Of a DNA stretch of 39,667 bases, positions 9,781-21,717 are shown piece by piece (position 1 is the first letter of the stretch; every line of letters begins with the position of its first letter). A model generated the notes under the pieces. The model searched no databases. It was not told the origin of the DNA and saw only the letters and a program-made list of their open reading frames with translations. The DNA is from Neovahlkampfia damariscottae (Eukaryota): NCBI GenBank assembly GCA_016618085.1, contig JABLTG010000172.1:1-39667 (forward strand), given 5' to 3'. A program made the translations under genes and the position numbers.

Positions 9781-10708
9781 TTATTCATTCTTTATTTTTT
9801 TTGAATCTTTTTCATCTTCAGAATCTCTTTCTCTTTTCTTTACAAAACTTTTTAACATTTCAATTTCTTCTGAATATTTTTCTTCATAAGGTGTTTCGAG
9901 TATCATTGGAATACCTTTCAATCTGTCATCATTCATCATCCATTTAAACATTTCAATTTTGATTTTACCATCACCAAGAGATTCATGTCTATCAACTCTA
10001 CAATTACATTCTTTTTTTGAATCATTAACATGAATGACTTTCAATAAATCAAATCCAATGATATCTTCAAAATCTTTCATTGAATTTTTATATCCATCTT
10101 CAGTTGATATATCATAACCTGCGGCGAACATATGACAAGTATCTAAACAAATACCAATTCTACTTTTATTTTCAACTAAATCATAAATTTGTTTTAAATG
10201 TTCGAATTTAAATCCAACGGTTGTGCCCTTAAATGGTTTTGAGTTATAATTTTCTTACTTGTCCAGCCATATTTTCTATACAAATAATTGATGTTCCTTT
10301 CACTGCTTCAAAAACTTTGTCGAGATTTTTTGAAATTTTTTTCAAACAATCATCGATTCCGTTACCCAAATGAGCACCTGGATGTAGCACTAAATATTTA
10401 ATTCCCAAATCTTCACATCTTTGAAGTTCATCTTTCAAACCATCCATCGATTTTTTTTCAGTTTCTTCGTTCATGGAACCAATATTTATTAAATAAGAAG
10501 CATGAACGACGATATCTGAAAGACCTGATTCTTTCAATTTTTTTTTGAACCTGATTACTTCCAGTTTATCCAAAGGCTTACTTTTCCATTGTCTATTGCT
10601 TTTAGTGAATATTTGCATGGTATTTGCTTTAATATCGATCGCTCTGTCGATACTTTTGCAAAATCCACCAGCAATAGAAGTATGAGCTCCGATGAGTAGT
10701 TTTTTCAT
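9781..10708 (-). CDS. nfo: Endonuclease IV / AP endonuclease family 2 (31-nt intron 10228-10258)
   Basis: IGAHTSIAGG, VVHASYLIN, LVLHPG, ENMAGQG, GICLDTCH, HVNDSK, DRHE and ILETP motifs. Confidence 0.95.
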
Positions 10709-10770
10709 TTTTTTCAAGTTTTGAAGAGCACTAATTCAATTGGTCAAGCAACACAGATTTTTTTCGCTTG
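10709..10770. promoter_or_regulatory. 62-bp bidirectional promoter with a central CCAAT box (10739-10743)
   Basis: Divergent ATGs at 10708 and 10771, with GACCAATTG almost exactly midway. Confidence 0.65.
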
Positions 10771-11305
10771 ATGAACCTTCAACAAAAAAATGAAGATTTT
10801 ATTTTCAAACCAATAACAAAAGACAACGTCCAAGATTTGAGAAATATAAATAATTTAATGTTGCCAATTCATTATTCCGATTTTGTGTATAAAAAAATTT
10901 TAAAAGAAGGAAAACAATATTCATTTGTAGGTTAGAGAGAAATACAAATTAAATTTTATGAAGTTTTTGATAAAGAAAATGCAGTTGCTTCAATTGCTTG
11001 TGTTCCAGATAAAAACTTGAATTTGACCATTATATCTATTTGTGTTTTATCAAGTCATCAAGGAAAATCTATTGGTATAAGATTTTTCTTTTTTAATTAT
11101 TTAAGCATCTAAAATGTTGAAATTAATCATTGATTCAGCAAAAAAAGATTCAAAAATTGAAAACATTGATTTGATGGTTCAAACTAAAAATAATGAAGCA
11201 ATACATTTATACAAAAAATTCAATTTTGAAATAATAGAAACCAAGGAGAATTATTATAAAAAACTTGAAGAAAAAGACGCGTTTCAGATGAAGTTGAAGT
11301 TATAA
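10771..11305 (+). CDS. GNAT N-acetyltransferase, Naa50/RimI-like (introns 10931-10963 and 11075-11105)
   Basis: Spliced protein MNLQQK...LPIHYSD...CVLSSHQGKSIASKML...VQTKNNEAIHLYKKFNF...NYYK. Confidence 0.85.
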
Positions 11306-11443
11306 TTGTATTTTCGAAAATGGAATAAAAATGATCTCAATTTTGGAAACAGTAGAATTAATTTTTAGTTAATTTGGGTGTTTTTTAAAAAATATTTTAA
11401 ATTTAACCCTCCAAAAGTTTGACGTTGACCAATCAAAAAAGCC

Positions 11444-12707
11444 ATGCCTGTTGTAAGCACCAACTTTAACGAAAGAGTCCTAAAACTAATTTTCAAATCA
11501 ACAGCAAAGAATTTCTTAATAGGGTGTTCCATTACAACTTTGCTTACACTCTTTTCTCAAGTGCAAAAACTTTTAGGATGGAAAAAAACAAAAAGCGATA
11601 AATTTGATTTAAAAAAATTCATTATTTCTGCTTTAAAGAATGGCTTATTTATATCAACTTGGACATTATCTCAACAAATTTTAATTCGGATTTTTGAATC
11701 AAATTTAGAAAGACCAAAAGCAACATCGTTAGTTGTTTCTGGACTACTTTCAGGTGGTGTATCAATGTATTTTCTTCAAGGTAAAAAAGTCAATACTAAC
11801 CTTAAAATTCAAAGGATTATCATGGCAATCATCATTGTATTTCGTTTATCGTTCAATGTAATATTCTTTTTTTCTAAATTTTAAAAACAAAAGGTATGGA
11901 GTTTATAGAATCAAAAAGAACATTTTTCCAACTTGGACTGATTTACCTGATTATTTAGTTTATTGTATTATTAACTTCTTTCTTGGAATTATTGCCCAAA
12001 GATGGACATATTACAATAACAAAGGGTATGCAGAATTTCTTGGTTATTGTTCAAATTTACCATTAAGTCACATAAATTATATGTTCACAAAAGATCAAGA
12101 AGAACTACCTCCTTGTTATCCAGAATATCATAGCGAAAAAAGTTGTTTAGAAGCAGCTAAAAATAGAATGCCAGGATCATTTTATAATAACTTTTCAGTT
12201 CAATTAAGTTTTCAAGTTTTTTCATATTTGGCAAAAGGATCATTATTGACTATTCCAACAAATAGCAAATCATTTACATCATATTTTATTTTATGGAAGA
12301 ATTTATTTAAAAACACAATGAACACCACTTTATTTTTATTCTTTCAATGTCTATTTTGTGGACCAACTGCATGTGTTCACAAATCATTCACTAATAAGAG
12401 AAATATACTTTTAGTTGGAATGATTTGGTTTTTTTCATCATTTGCAATTTTATTTGAAAATCCATCAAGAAGAAAAGAAATTTCACTTTTTACAATTTGG
12501 AGAGTTACTACTGGTTATATTAATCTTTTTAATGGTGTTAAATTTGGTGAAAAACATTCAGAAGATTTTGATCAATTTGCATCGACAGTATTATTTGCAA
12601 TTGGAAGTTCATTTTCAATTTATTGTTATTATCGTGATCCAAAGAAATTAAAATCATTAGATCAAAGTATTTTATCAACTTTCTTTCCAAAAAATTTATT
12701 AAAATAA
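11444..12707 (+). CDS. TMEM135: TMEM135/PMP52-like membrane protein, paralog A (introns 11781-11814 and 11858-11893)
   Basis: Multi-TM protein with ILFENPSRRKEISLF and a Cys/His loop (CYPEYHSEKSC). Confidence 0.75.
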
Positions 12708-12712
12708 AAAAT

Positions 12713-13939
12713 TTAAATTGAATTTAATTCTTTTGGGAAAAGTGTTAAAAGTATACCTCTATCCAAAGATCTAAGTTTAGAACTATCTCTTGATAAACAA
12801 TAACCACCAAATGCACTAGCAATTGAAAATATAATTGATGAAAACCATAAATTAAATTCTTTTGAATGTTCTTCGTATCCTTTGACATTTGTTAGAATGT
12901 GTATTAATCCCGTTGCTAAACGCCAAATTGTAAATATTGAAATTTCAGTTCTTCTCGATTTTGATTCAAATAATATTGCAAATGATCCAATAAACCAAAC
13001 TAATCCCATAATAAATGCGTTTGGTCTATTTGTGAATACTTTATTGATACATCCTAATGGAGCACAAACTAAACATTGAAGTGTCAAAAATAAAGTTGTT
13101 CTCATTGTATTCTTTGTTAAACCTTTAATTAATTTCATTAAAGAATTCATTGATTGAACATTTAACAATGATCCTTTGAGAACGTATGAGAATATTTGAA
13201 AACTAGCTTGAACTTTTAAATTATTATAGAATGATCCATAAAATCTTTCATGTGTAGCAGTAATACAACTTGATTGTAAATGATAACCTGGACAACAATC
13301 TGGTAATGTTTTTGAATCACCTCCATACATATAAATAGCATCTTCTCTTTTGATATTAGCACAATGAGCAAGAAATTCCATATAACTTTTATCAAAATAT
13401 TCTGTGTAACTTTTTAAAATGTTAATTGTTTGTTTTTTTTACAAGTTTGAAAAGATACCAAGAAAAAAATTGATGATACAATAAGCTAAATAATCTGGAA
13501 TATGAACAAAATCTGGTAATGATTTGCATTTTAGATTATAAACACTGAATAAGGAACGAAGTAGAAAATATAATGAAGCTTGCCATGACATACCTTGAGT
13601 GAAATACATTGATATAAATCCACTTATTCCTCCTGCTATTACTAAATTTGATGCTTTTGGACGTTCTCTGTTTTGATCAATAACTCTGATTATAATTTGA
13701 TGTAATAATGTCCAAGATGATAAAAATGTTCCTGTTTCTAATGCTCTTAAAAGGAATTTCTTCAACGAAAATTCAGTGTTTTTTTTCGTTCCTCTGAAAA
13801 ACTGTTGAACATGTTTGAAAATTGTCAGCAGTGTTGTATAAGATACTCCAATTAAGAAATTTTTCAATCCAGATAATAATATCTTTGTGATTACAATTCT
13901 ATTGAAGTTGCTTGCTGTTGGACGTGAAAATGCCGCCAT
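12713..13939 (-). CDS. TMEM135: TMEM135/PMP52-like membrane protein, paralog B (intron 13410-13442)
   Basis: Aligns end to end with paralog A; ILFESKSRRTEISIF. Confidence 0.75.
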
Positions 13940-14039
13940 TGGCTAAATTTGAGTTATCCAATCACAAATGGGATTTATAGATTCGAATGTCCACCTAACG
14001 AAATACATCCATAACTCAAAATATCAAAAGTTTGAATTT

Positions 14040-15629
14040 TTATTTTTCTAATTTGAATTCTTCAAATTTGATATCAATTCTTTCAAATTTATCTTCAGTC
14101 TTAATTTCAAATTTGACTTCAATTTTTGTTCTTGAAAAATGAATTGATTTTAATTCTTCATAAATCCATTGAAAAACTTTTTTATCTTTTGGTTTTGATA
14201 TTATTATCTTGTATAAATCACCAACAGTTACTTTAAATTCAAGTAATTTTTCATATATATTTTTTAATTCATCTCGAAATTTATCATCTCCATAAGTATA
14301 AAATACCATCCCTTTTCTATGTCCTTCTGAAGCAGCCATAATTTGAAGTAATGATTTAAGTTCTTTATCCCCTAAGAAAACCCCACAACCCCATAATCCA
14401 GTGGCTATAAATCTATCATCTACTTTTTGAGTTTCATTCATAAAGCCACAATAAGCTTTATTAATTTCTCTATCAATATATTTTTTTGTAAATTGTAATT
14501 TAGGATTTGAATATTTAAAATCATATGCATCAATTGCTATAATCTCATTTTTCAATCTTCCTTTTTCATCCCTTAAATCAATCAATCAAAAAATATTATT
14601 TCTTACTTTTCTGTTGTATCATTGAAGTCACCATCAAAAGTATATGTATCTCCATAACCTTTGTATTTGGAGAATCTTTGACTACCAATGATTATAATTG
14701 ATTCATTGTCATCTAACTCTTCCATAATTAGTTTTGAAGCAATGCATTCTGTGGAAACAGCAAATCTGATTAATTTATTTTAGATTTTAGAATCTTACCG
14801 AATTTCTTCTTGAACACATCCTCTTCCCAATACACCACCTCCTATTTTTTTGTTTGCAAAATCAACTTGTAGCATTCCATCTGATTCCTCAATTGTGCCT
14901 TTCTCATTCACAATTAATTCACATAATAATTTTTGACTATTTTCCCATTTTGGTGGTTTTGTTAAAACCTTTCTTTTGAATGTAATAAAACCTTCAAGAA
15001 CTAAAAAAATTAAATTTCGAGTGTAATTTACTGTCTGTAATCTTTTCAAAATAATTCAAAATTGTTTTAAATTTTTCAATATTATTGTTTCTTGAACTAA
15101 ATATATATAAATCATTTTTTGTTCTTTACGTTTCATAAAGTCTTAAAAAATTTAAATTTGTCAATTTTTTTGATTTTGTTGAGTTTGGAAATGTGTTAAA
15201 AAAACCGTTACATAATAGACTCGCAATTTGTTCTCTTGAAAAAGTAACCTCATCATCCATACCTCTTTTTAAAATTGGTATTTTATCAGGAAACAATTGA
15301 GGTAGCTTTAATGCTAATTTTTGCATTTTTGGAAGTGTTGTTTTTATGAAGTCATCAGAAACTGTTTCTAAATTTTTACAATTAAAATGATCAAAATATT
15401 TGTTTAAGGCAGTAAGTACATCTGATAACTCAGCAAAATCTTCAATTTTATCACTGAGAATGGTTTCTATTAAGTACCATTTGCTTAAGTATTTGTCACC
15501 TGATTTATATTGATTTTTTATTGAGTTTGGTAATATTACATAGTCATATTCAATTTTTGGTTTCTTTGTTACCCATTTATCTAAGGTCGAATCTCGATTT
15601 CTCTTTACTTTTTTGTCTGTTTCATTCAT
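14040..15629 (-). CDS. PARG: Poly(ADP-ribose) glycohydrolase (4 introns of 31-35 nt)
   Basis: [24 protein letters not shown] catalytic signature, [10 protein letters not shown] and [10 protein letters not shown]. Confidence 0.95.
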
Positions 15630-15716
15630 CAACCCTTTCTAAAAAGAGTTTAATTGGATAAAAAAAAAAAAGAAATAATAAGGGAAATAAATGTGAGAAA
15701 AGAAAAAGAATATGTT

Positions 15717-16517
15717 TTATTCAAATTTTTTTAACCATGCATCAACTTCTGTTGATTCAATGTCAAAGAATTCTTTTGCGATTTGAATGACTGTTGTCTT
15801 TGGTCCTGAAAGTTGAACATTGTATTTTAATAAACGTTGTTTTAATTCAACATCTGATGTCACAAATAACATGGATTCTGGTTTTAAACCTTTTGAAGCT
15901 AATTCAACTAAATAATCATCTGAAGTTTTGTAATTTGGTCTTGCACAAAGAAGGGTAAAGTTATTTTCACTCCATTCTTTGAGTTTAGTGTCATCATACA
16001 TAACAATTGTTTTTTGAAAATTTACCTTTTCATGAAATGCTTTGAAAAAGTTGACAAGAAGTTGGTCAGCTGAATTTCTTTGCTTTCCTAAAACAAGTTT
16101 TCTGAGAGTATTGTAAATATAAAGCATGTTGTTTCCATCAATAAAAAGTTCTTTGATTGTGTCAAATTTAATCAATTTCTCTGAGGTTGAGATTTCTTTT
16201 TGAACTTTTGGCTCAATTTGTTTGATTTCTAAAGTTTCAAGATTGGAAGCAACTTCGTCAACTGAACCATTTGATTTTAATTGTTCAAGTCTTTTTGTCA
16301 TTTTTAATTTCTTATCTTCTGGAATGTTTCTTGAACTAAGTCTCTTAGTTAATCTTTCAATTTGGAGTTCAGTTCTTGACATTGATTTTTTTGAAGTAAG
16401 ATTTTGAATTTGAGCTTGGATCATTTTTTGTCTTTTTTCTAATTTTTGAATTTTGTCTTCAATTGTTGATTTTCTTTTTTGAAATTGGTTTTTTGTTGTT
16501 GTTGTTGTTGTGTTCAT
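15717..16517 (-). CDS. NYN/PIN-fold ribonuclease (YacP-like) with a basic coiled-coil N-terminus
   Basis: FIDGNNM, VMYDD, TSDDYL and FVTSDVEL acidic active-site motifs. Confidence 0.75.
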   Translation of the reverse strand: MNTTTTTTKNQFQKRKSTIEDKIQKLEKRQKMIQAQIQNLTSKKSMSRTELQIERLTKRLSSRNIPEDKKLKMTKRLEQLKSNGSVDEVASNLETLEIKQIEPKVQKEISTSEKLIKFDTIKELFIDGNNMLYIYNTLRKLVLGKQRNSADQLLVNFFKAFHEKVNFQKTIVMYDDTKLKEWSENNFTLLCARPNYKTSDDYLVELASKGLKPESMLFVTSDVELKQRLLKYNVQLSGPKTTVIQIAKEFFDIESTEVDAWLKKFE

Positions 16518-16763
16518 TTTCTACTTCACGTGTATCAGTAAGCCACGAATTACAGGTATGTTTATTTTTATGAAATAAAAAAAAATCCCACTGCTTTTTA
16601 AAGCTAATTTGCTGTGATTTGATTTGTCAAAATATTAACATTTTTAATCTATTGGTCAATTATTCTTACAAAACGAAATTGAAAAAAACAATTTGGAATT
16701 GAAATACATTCTTCAAAGGTATTTTAAAACCTTCAAATAATGATTCAATTTTTTATTCAATAT

Positions 16764-18219
16764 TTATAAATATACATCTTGTTTCTTTGAAACAGTATTC
16801 TCTGCTTCCTTCTTTGCTTTTTCAAATATTTTTTTTGTCACCATTTTATGACCATCAATAAATTTAAAAAGTTCTTCTGAATTCAAATTTCTTGGAATTC
16901 TCGTTAAACTCTTCATAATTTCTTCAAATGAACCAAATTCAATAATTTCTTTAAAGTATTCAAAAATACCTAAAGTTGCTCTATATAAAAAAACTTCGCC
17001 CTCTAAAAAGTATCTATCCCATAATCTTGCTGCAATTTCCATTTCAAATGATTTTGAAAATAATGTTATGAACCAATCCATTATAAAACTCTGTAATTTT
17101 ATTCCTTGTTTATCAAAATTCAGATGAATACCAGGTAGATATTCAGCCAACAATAAATTTATCGTTTCACAAATAATACAAATCTTTTTCAAAAAATTAA
17201 TTATTTTTTTATAAAACTTGTTTTAATTCCATTCTGAAAAACTTTAAAAAATGATTTGCATGAATCATATTTGCCAGACATACAAATGATGAATATTCAT
17301 CCATATTTAATAGTAACATTGCAACTAAATAACTCATTCCTTGAATATATCCAATATCAGGTCTGTATTTGACATATGATTCAAGTACATTTTGTAAAGG
17401 TTCATGTAAAGGTCCACCACATTGAAAAAACTATGAATTTAAAAATTGTTTTTTTTGTTGTTACTCCAAGGTCATGAAATGTTCTTGAAACATCTATGGA
17501 TATCAACTCAATGGTAGATTCTTTATTTAAACCTGTTGAAAGTGATGTTTGTTTGTCTTCCTTTTTTTTTGGTTTTTCTATTTTTTTTTCAATTAGAATT
17601 TGATATAAGTCTTCTGATATTCCAAGTACATTACCAATTGCTAATTTCCATAATTTTCCTCTGACTTTTGATGGTAATCCATGTTTCCATAATGAAATTG
17701 TTCTTTTTTCATATTTTTTTTGTTTCCAGTTTGGTATAATTTCTTTTTCCCATATAATTAATGATTTTCTAATGAATTCTTCACGTTCTTGTTTTTTTTT
17801 TAAAAATTGTTTCTCTTTATCTTCCTTGGCTTTCACTTTAGTCATTTAAAAATTTTCAAAAAAATAATTACGAGTTTCTTTTAGTTTTTGATTCATTCTA
17901 TCTATTTCTTTGTTCAAAAATTGTTTTTCTTTCTCAGATTTTGGTGGTATTCCTCTTTAAAAAAATTTAATTTTTTTTTTTTTTTTCACTTTGGTCTGTC
18001 ATTTTCCAACATGTGAAAATCAATTTTTTTTAAACTTGAAACATCTTCTGATAAACTTGGATTTTCAAAATTCAAAGAAGCACTTGTTGAAGGTGAACTT
18101 CCAAGAAAGAATTCAAAAATAGAATTTGTTATGGAAAATTCTTCCTTTGATTCAGAATCTTGTTTCTTTCTTGGACTTGTTATTGGTAAACCCACCTTAT
18201 TCTTATTTGGTGAGGTCAT
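16764..18219 (-). CDS. TBC-domain Rab GTPase-activating protein, TBC1D12/14-like (4 introns)
   Basis: GLPSKVRGKLW, ISIDVSRTF (Arg finger), RPDIGYIQGM (Gln finger) and ARLWD. Confidence 0.92.
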
Positions 18220-18332
18220 ATAAAATTTAAAAGTGTTGGCAAAGAAGGAAAATTGGAAGAATTGTTTGACCAATCAAAATTTTGGTACGTTAAATCAATC
18301 AAATGGGTAAAAATAAATTTTACATAAATATT

Positions 18333-19496
18333 TTAATCATCATACAATCCATTATAATGGTTGTTTCCTTTTTTGAATAAATATTTTTTTAGACTTGAAA
18401 GAAAACAACAAGAAATTCCGACAAATACACAAATGGCAATCAAAACTCCAAATATGAATGATGATGAAATAAAACCGATAAAAACTTCATATATAGTATT
18501 CCATGGAATGATGTATGTCTCTTCTGCATGTAAAGTGACCAAAAATTGACCAACTTCAGCTGCGGGTTCTAATTTTGTTAGAACAGCTTCTAATTGAAGT
18601 TTAGCTAATTCCATAATTGTTTCCATCAATTTCTCTTGATCAACTTTAGGATTCAAAGAAGCAAAATACTTTGAACTTTTCAAATTCCTGAAAACTTTGA
18701 CAGCATTTGGATGATGAACAAAAATAGAACTTCCAATTCTATTTGGCACAATCTCTGGATCTCTATTTGCACATCCCTCTGTATTCACTAATACAACTGC
18801 ATTAGGATGTAATTCCCCTTGTAACACATCCAGCTGTAATTTTTCTGTATATCCTGGAATCCAAAATACTTCCAACATAGCTTGTAATGCCAAAGGAACT
18901 AATTTTGGATTTGTAATGCCCATCGCTTCTGGATATTGCAATAACATCCTGATGTGACCACATCCTTGATGGTTTGGATTAACAAAATGTGTTAGCCAAT
19001 CTTCTAAATTATCAGGTGTTTTTTCAGGTAAAATGACAGCTTTTGGATTGACTGAATTAAAAATACGAATTAATTTAGTTTTTGCTGTGTGATAATAAAA
19101 TGGTCTAGTTTTTGTAGTTGTGTAATCAATATATCCTTTCAATATTTTTCTGATTTCCAGTCTTGTGAAATTCTTTCTATTTGTTAAGCTTGTGTAAGAT
19201 TGAAGTCCAAGTATAAATTCTCCAAAATCTCCACCAGGAACTCCGAAAGTTGGAGTTGTTTTACGCCCATCAACACAAGCAAAAGACTTCTCTGCATCGT
19301 GAGTGAATTTTTTCAACTGTAAATCAGTGATGTGAAGTTTAATTTCTGATGTATTATAACGATCTGGTTTTGGTGTTCCTCTGGCTTCTCCAATTTGTTC
19401 AAATTTTGTTGACAATACTTTGCACTCCTTAAAAGTATTTGAGTTGACACATTGAAAAATATAAAGCAACACCAAAGAAGAAATTATTTTCAGCAT
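18333..19496 (-). CDS. Type I membrane protein with a zeta/CDCA-like carbonic anhydrase domain
   Basis: Signal peptide; CVDGR, PGG, YHT and GCGH Cys/His/Cys ligand pattern; C-terminal TM helix and short tail. Confidence 0.65.
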   Translation of the reverse strand: MLKIISSLVLLYIFQCVNSNTFKECKVLSTKFEQIGEARGTPKPDRYNTSEIKLHITDLQLKKFTHDAEKSFACVDGRKTTPTFGVPGGDFGEFILGLQSYTSLTNRKNFTRLEIRKILKGYIDYTTTKTRPFYYHTAKTKLIRIFNSVNPKAVILPEKTPDNLEDWLTHFVNPNHQGCGHIRMLLQYPEAMGITNPKLVPLALQAMLEVFWIPGYTEKLQLDVLQGELHPNAVVLVNTEGCANRDPEIVPNRIGSSIFVHHPNAVKVFRNLKSSKYFASLNPKVDQEKLMETIMELAKLQLEAVLTKLEPAAEVGQFLVTLHAEETYIIPWNTIYEVFIGFISSSFIFGVLIAICVFVGISCCFLSSLKKYLFKKGNNHYNGLYDD

Positions 19497-19708
19497 ATTA
19501 TTGGTTAGTTTGTTTCAGCAAATGACATTATATTTTGAATTCGGAATTTTGAATTTCTTATTTTTCAAATTTTGAAGAAAAAAAATTGAAGTAAAAATTG
19601 TTTTGTATTCCGAACCAATCAAAACATTCGGAAATTCGATTTAAGGAATTCCACCAATTATAAATCTTGCTTTTTCAAAAAACTTTTTAAGTGTTAAAAA
19701 CTTTGTAA

Positions 19709-21684
19709 ATGTTCAAACAATTCGTTAAAAAAAACCAAATTTTGAAAAAATCAATAAACAATTACTCGTCGTAAAGATCAAAACAATAAAACTAAACTAA
19801 AATAGAAAACGTGTTATTGGCATTGATTTAGGTACAACAAATTCATGTGTTGCTGTACTTGAAGGAAAAACTCCAAGAGTTTTAGAAAATTCTGAAGGTC
19901 ATAGAACAACACCTTCAGTTGTAAGTTTTGATAAAGAAGGAAATAGATTAGTTGGTACTTTAGCTAAACGTCAAGCTATCACAAATCCACAAAATACAAT
20001 TTATGCTTCAAAACGTCTCATTGGAAGACCTTTTGCTGAATTGAAAGAAAAAGATAGAAAAGCTGTTTCATATAACATTGTAAAACATTCAGACGGTTCA
20101 TGTTATATTGAACTTCAAAATGGAAAAAGATATTCACCACAAGAAATTGGTGCATTTACATTAATGAAAATGAAAGAAACTGCAGAAAATCATTTAGGTA
20201 CACAAGTTAAAGAAGCTGTTGTCACAGTACCTGCATATTTCAATGATTCACAAAGAAAAGCAACTGCAGATGCTGGTAAAATTGCTGGTTTAGATGTTAA
20301 AAGAATTATTAATGAGCCAACTGCTGCTGCTCTTGCTTATGGTTTAGATAAAACAAATTCAGGTACAATTGCTGTTTTTGATTTAGGTGGTGGTACTTTT
20401 GATATTTCAATTTTAGAAATTCAAGATGGTGTATTTGAAGTTAAAGCTACAAATGGAGATACATTTTTAGGTGGTGAAGATTTTGATCATACTATTTCTG
20501 AATATATTTTAAAAGAATTTGAAAAAAAAGAAGGTATTACATTAAAAGAACCAATGGCACTTCAAAGAGTTAGAGATGCTGCAGAAACTGCTAAAATTGA
20601 ACTTTCAACTGCAACTACAACATCAATTAATTTACCATTTATCACTGCTGATGCTTCAGGACCAAAAAATTTGATGATGGATTTAACAAGATCAACTTTT
20701 GAAGCAATTACATCAAGTTTAATCAATAGAACTTTAGAACCATGTAGAAAATGTTTAAAAGATGCTGGAATTCAAGCAAAAGATATTAATGAAGTTGTTT
20801 TAGTTGGTGGTATGACTAGAATTCCAAAAGTTGTTTCAACAGTTGAATCATTCTTTGGTAAAAAACCATCAAAAGGTGTAAATCCAGATGAAGTTGTTGC
20901 TATGGGTGCTGCAATTCAAGGAGGAGTTTTAACTGGTGCATTAGATGAAGTTTTATTATTAGATGTTACACCATTATCACTTGGAATTGAAACTTATGGA
21001 GGTATCTTTACAAAATTAATTACAAGAAATTCAACAATTCCAACAAAAAAATCACAAATTTTCTCAACAGCTGCAGATAATCAAACACAAGTTGGAATTA
21101 AAGTATTTCAAGGAGAAAGAGAAATTGCTGTTAATAATAAATTACTTGGACAATTTGAATTATCAGAAATTCCACAAGCTCCAAGAGGTGTACCACAAAT
21201 TGAAGTTACATTTGATATTGATGCAAATGGTATTGTAAATGTTTCTGCAAAAGATAAAGCAACAAATAAAGAACAACAAATTACAATTCAATCATCATCA
21301 GGTCTTTCAGATTCAGATATTGATCAAATGGTTAAAGATGCAGAATTATATGCAGAAGAAGATAAAAAAAGAAAAGATTTAGTTGAAAAGAAAAATGAAG
21401 CTGAATCAACAATTCATTTAACAGAAAAAGCAATTTCTGATTTGGCTGAAGGAATGGATTCAGAAGATAAACAAAAAGCTGAAGAAGAAATTTCAGCTCT
21501 CAGAACTGCAATTCAACAAGATGATTTCGAAGCAATTGATGGTGCTATGGAACCATTGAAAAAAACACAAGCAAATTTATCAGAAAAAGTATATAAACAA
21601 CAAATGGAACAAAGACAAACAAATACATCAAACCAATCAAATGAAAATAATACAACAGAAGATGCAGACTTTAAAGAAAAATAA
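19709..21684 (+). CDS. HSPA9: Mitochondrial-type Hsp70 (35-nt intron 19771-19805)
   Basis: Short basic presequence, then [32 protein letters not shown] and [14 protein letters not shown]; no EEVD or KDEL tail. Confidence 0.93.
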
Positions 21685-21717
21685 ATAACGAACAGTTTTT
21701 TTTATAATTTTAATTTT

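Noticed and set aside
14040..15629. PARG as the antitoxin partner of the element's ART domain
   Set aside because: It is a canonical intron-containing host PARG about 11 kb away with eight unrelated genes between. Nothing links them beyond proximity.
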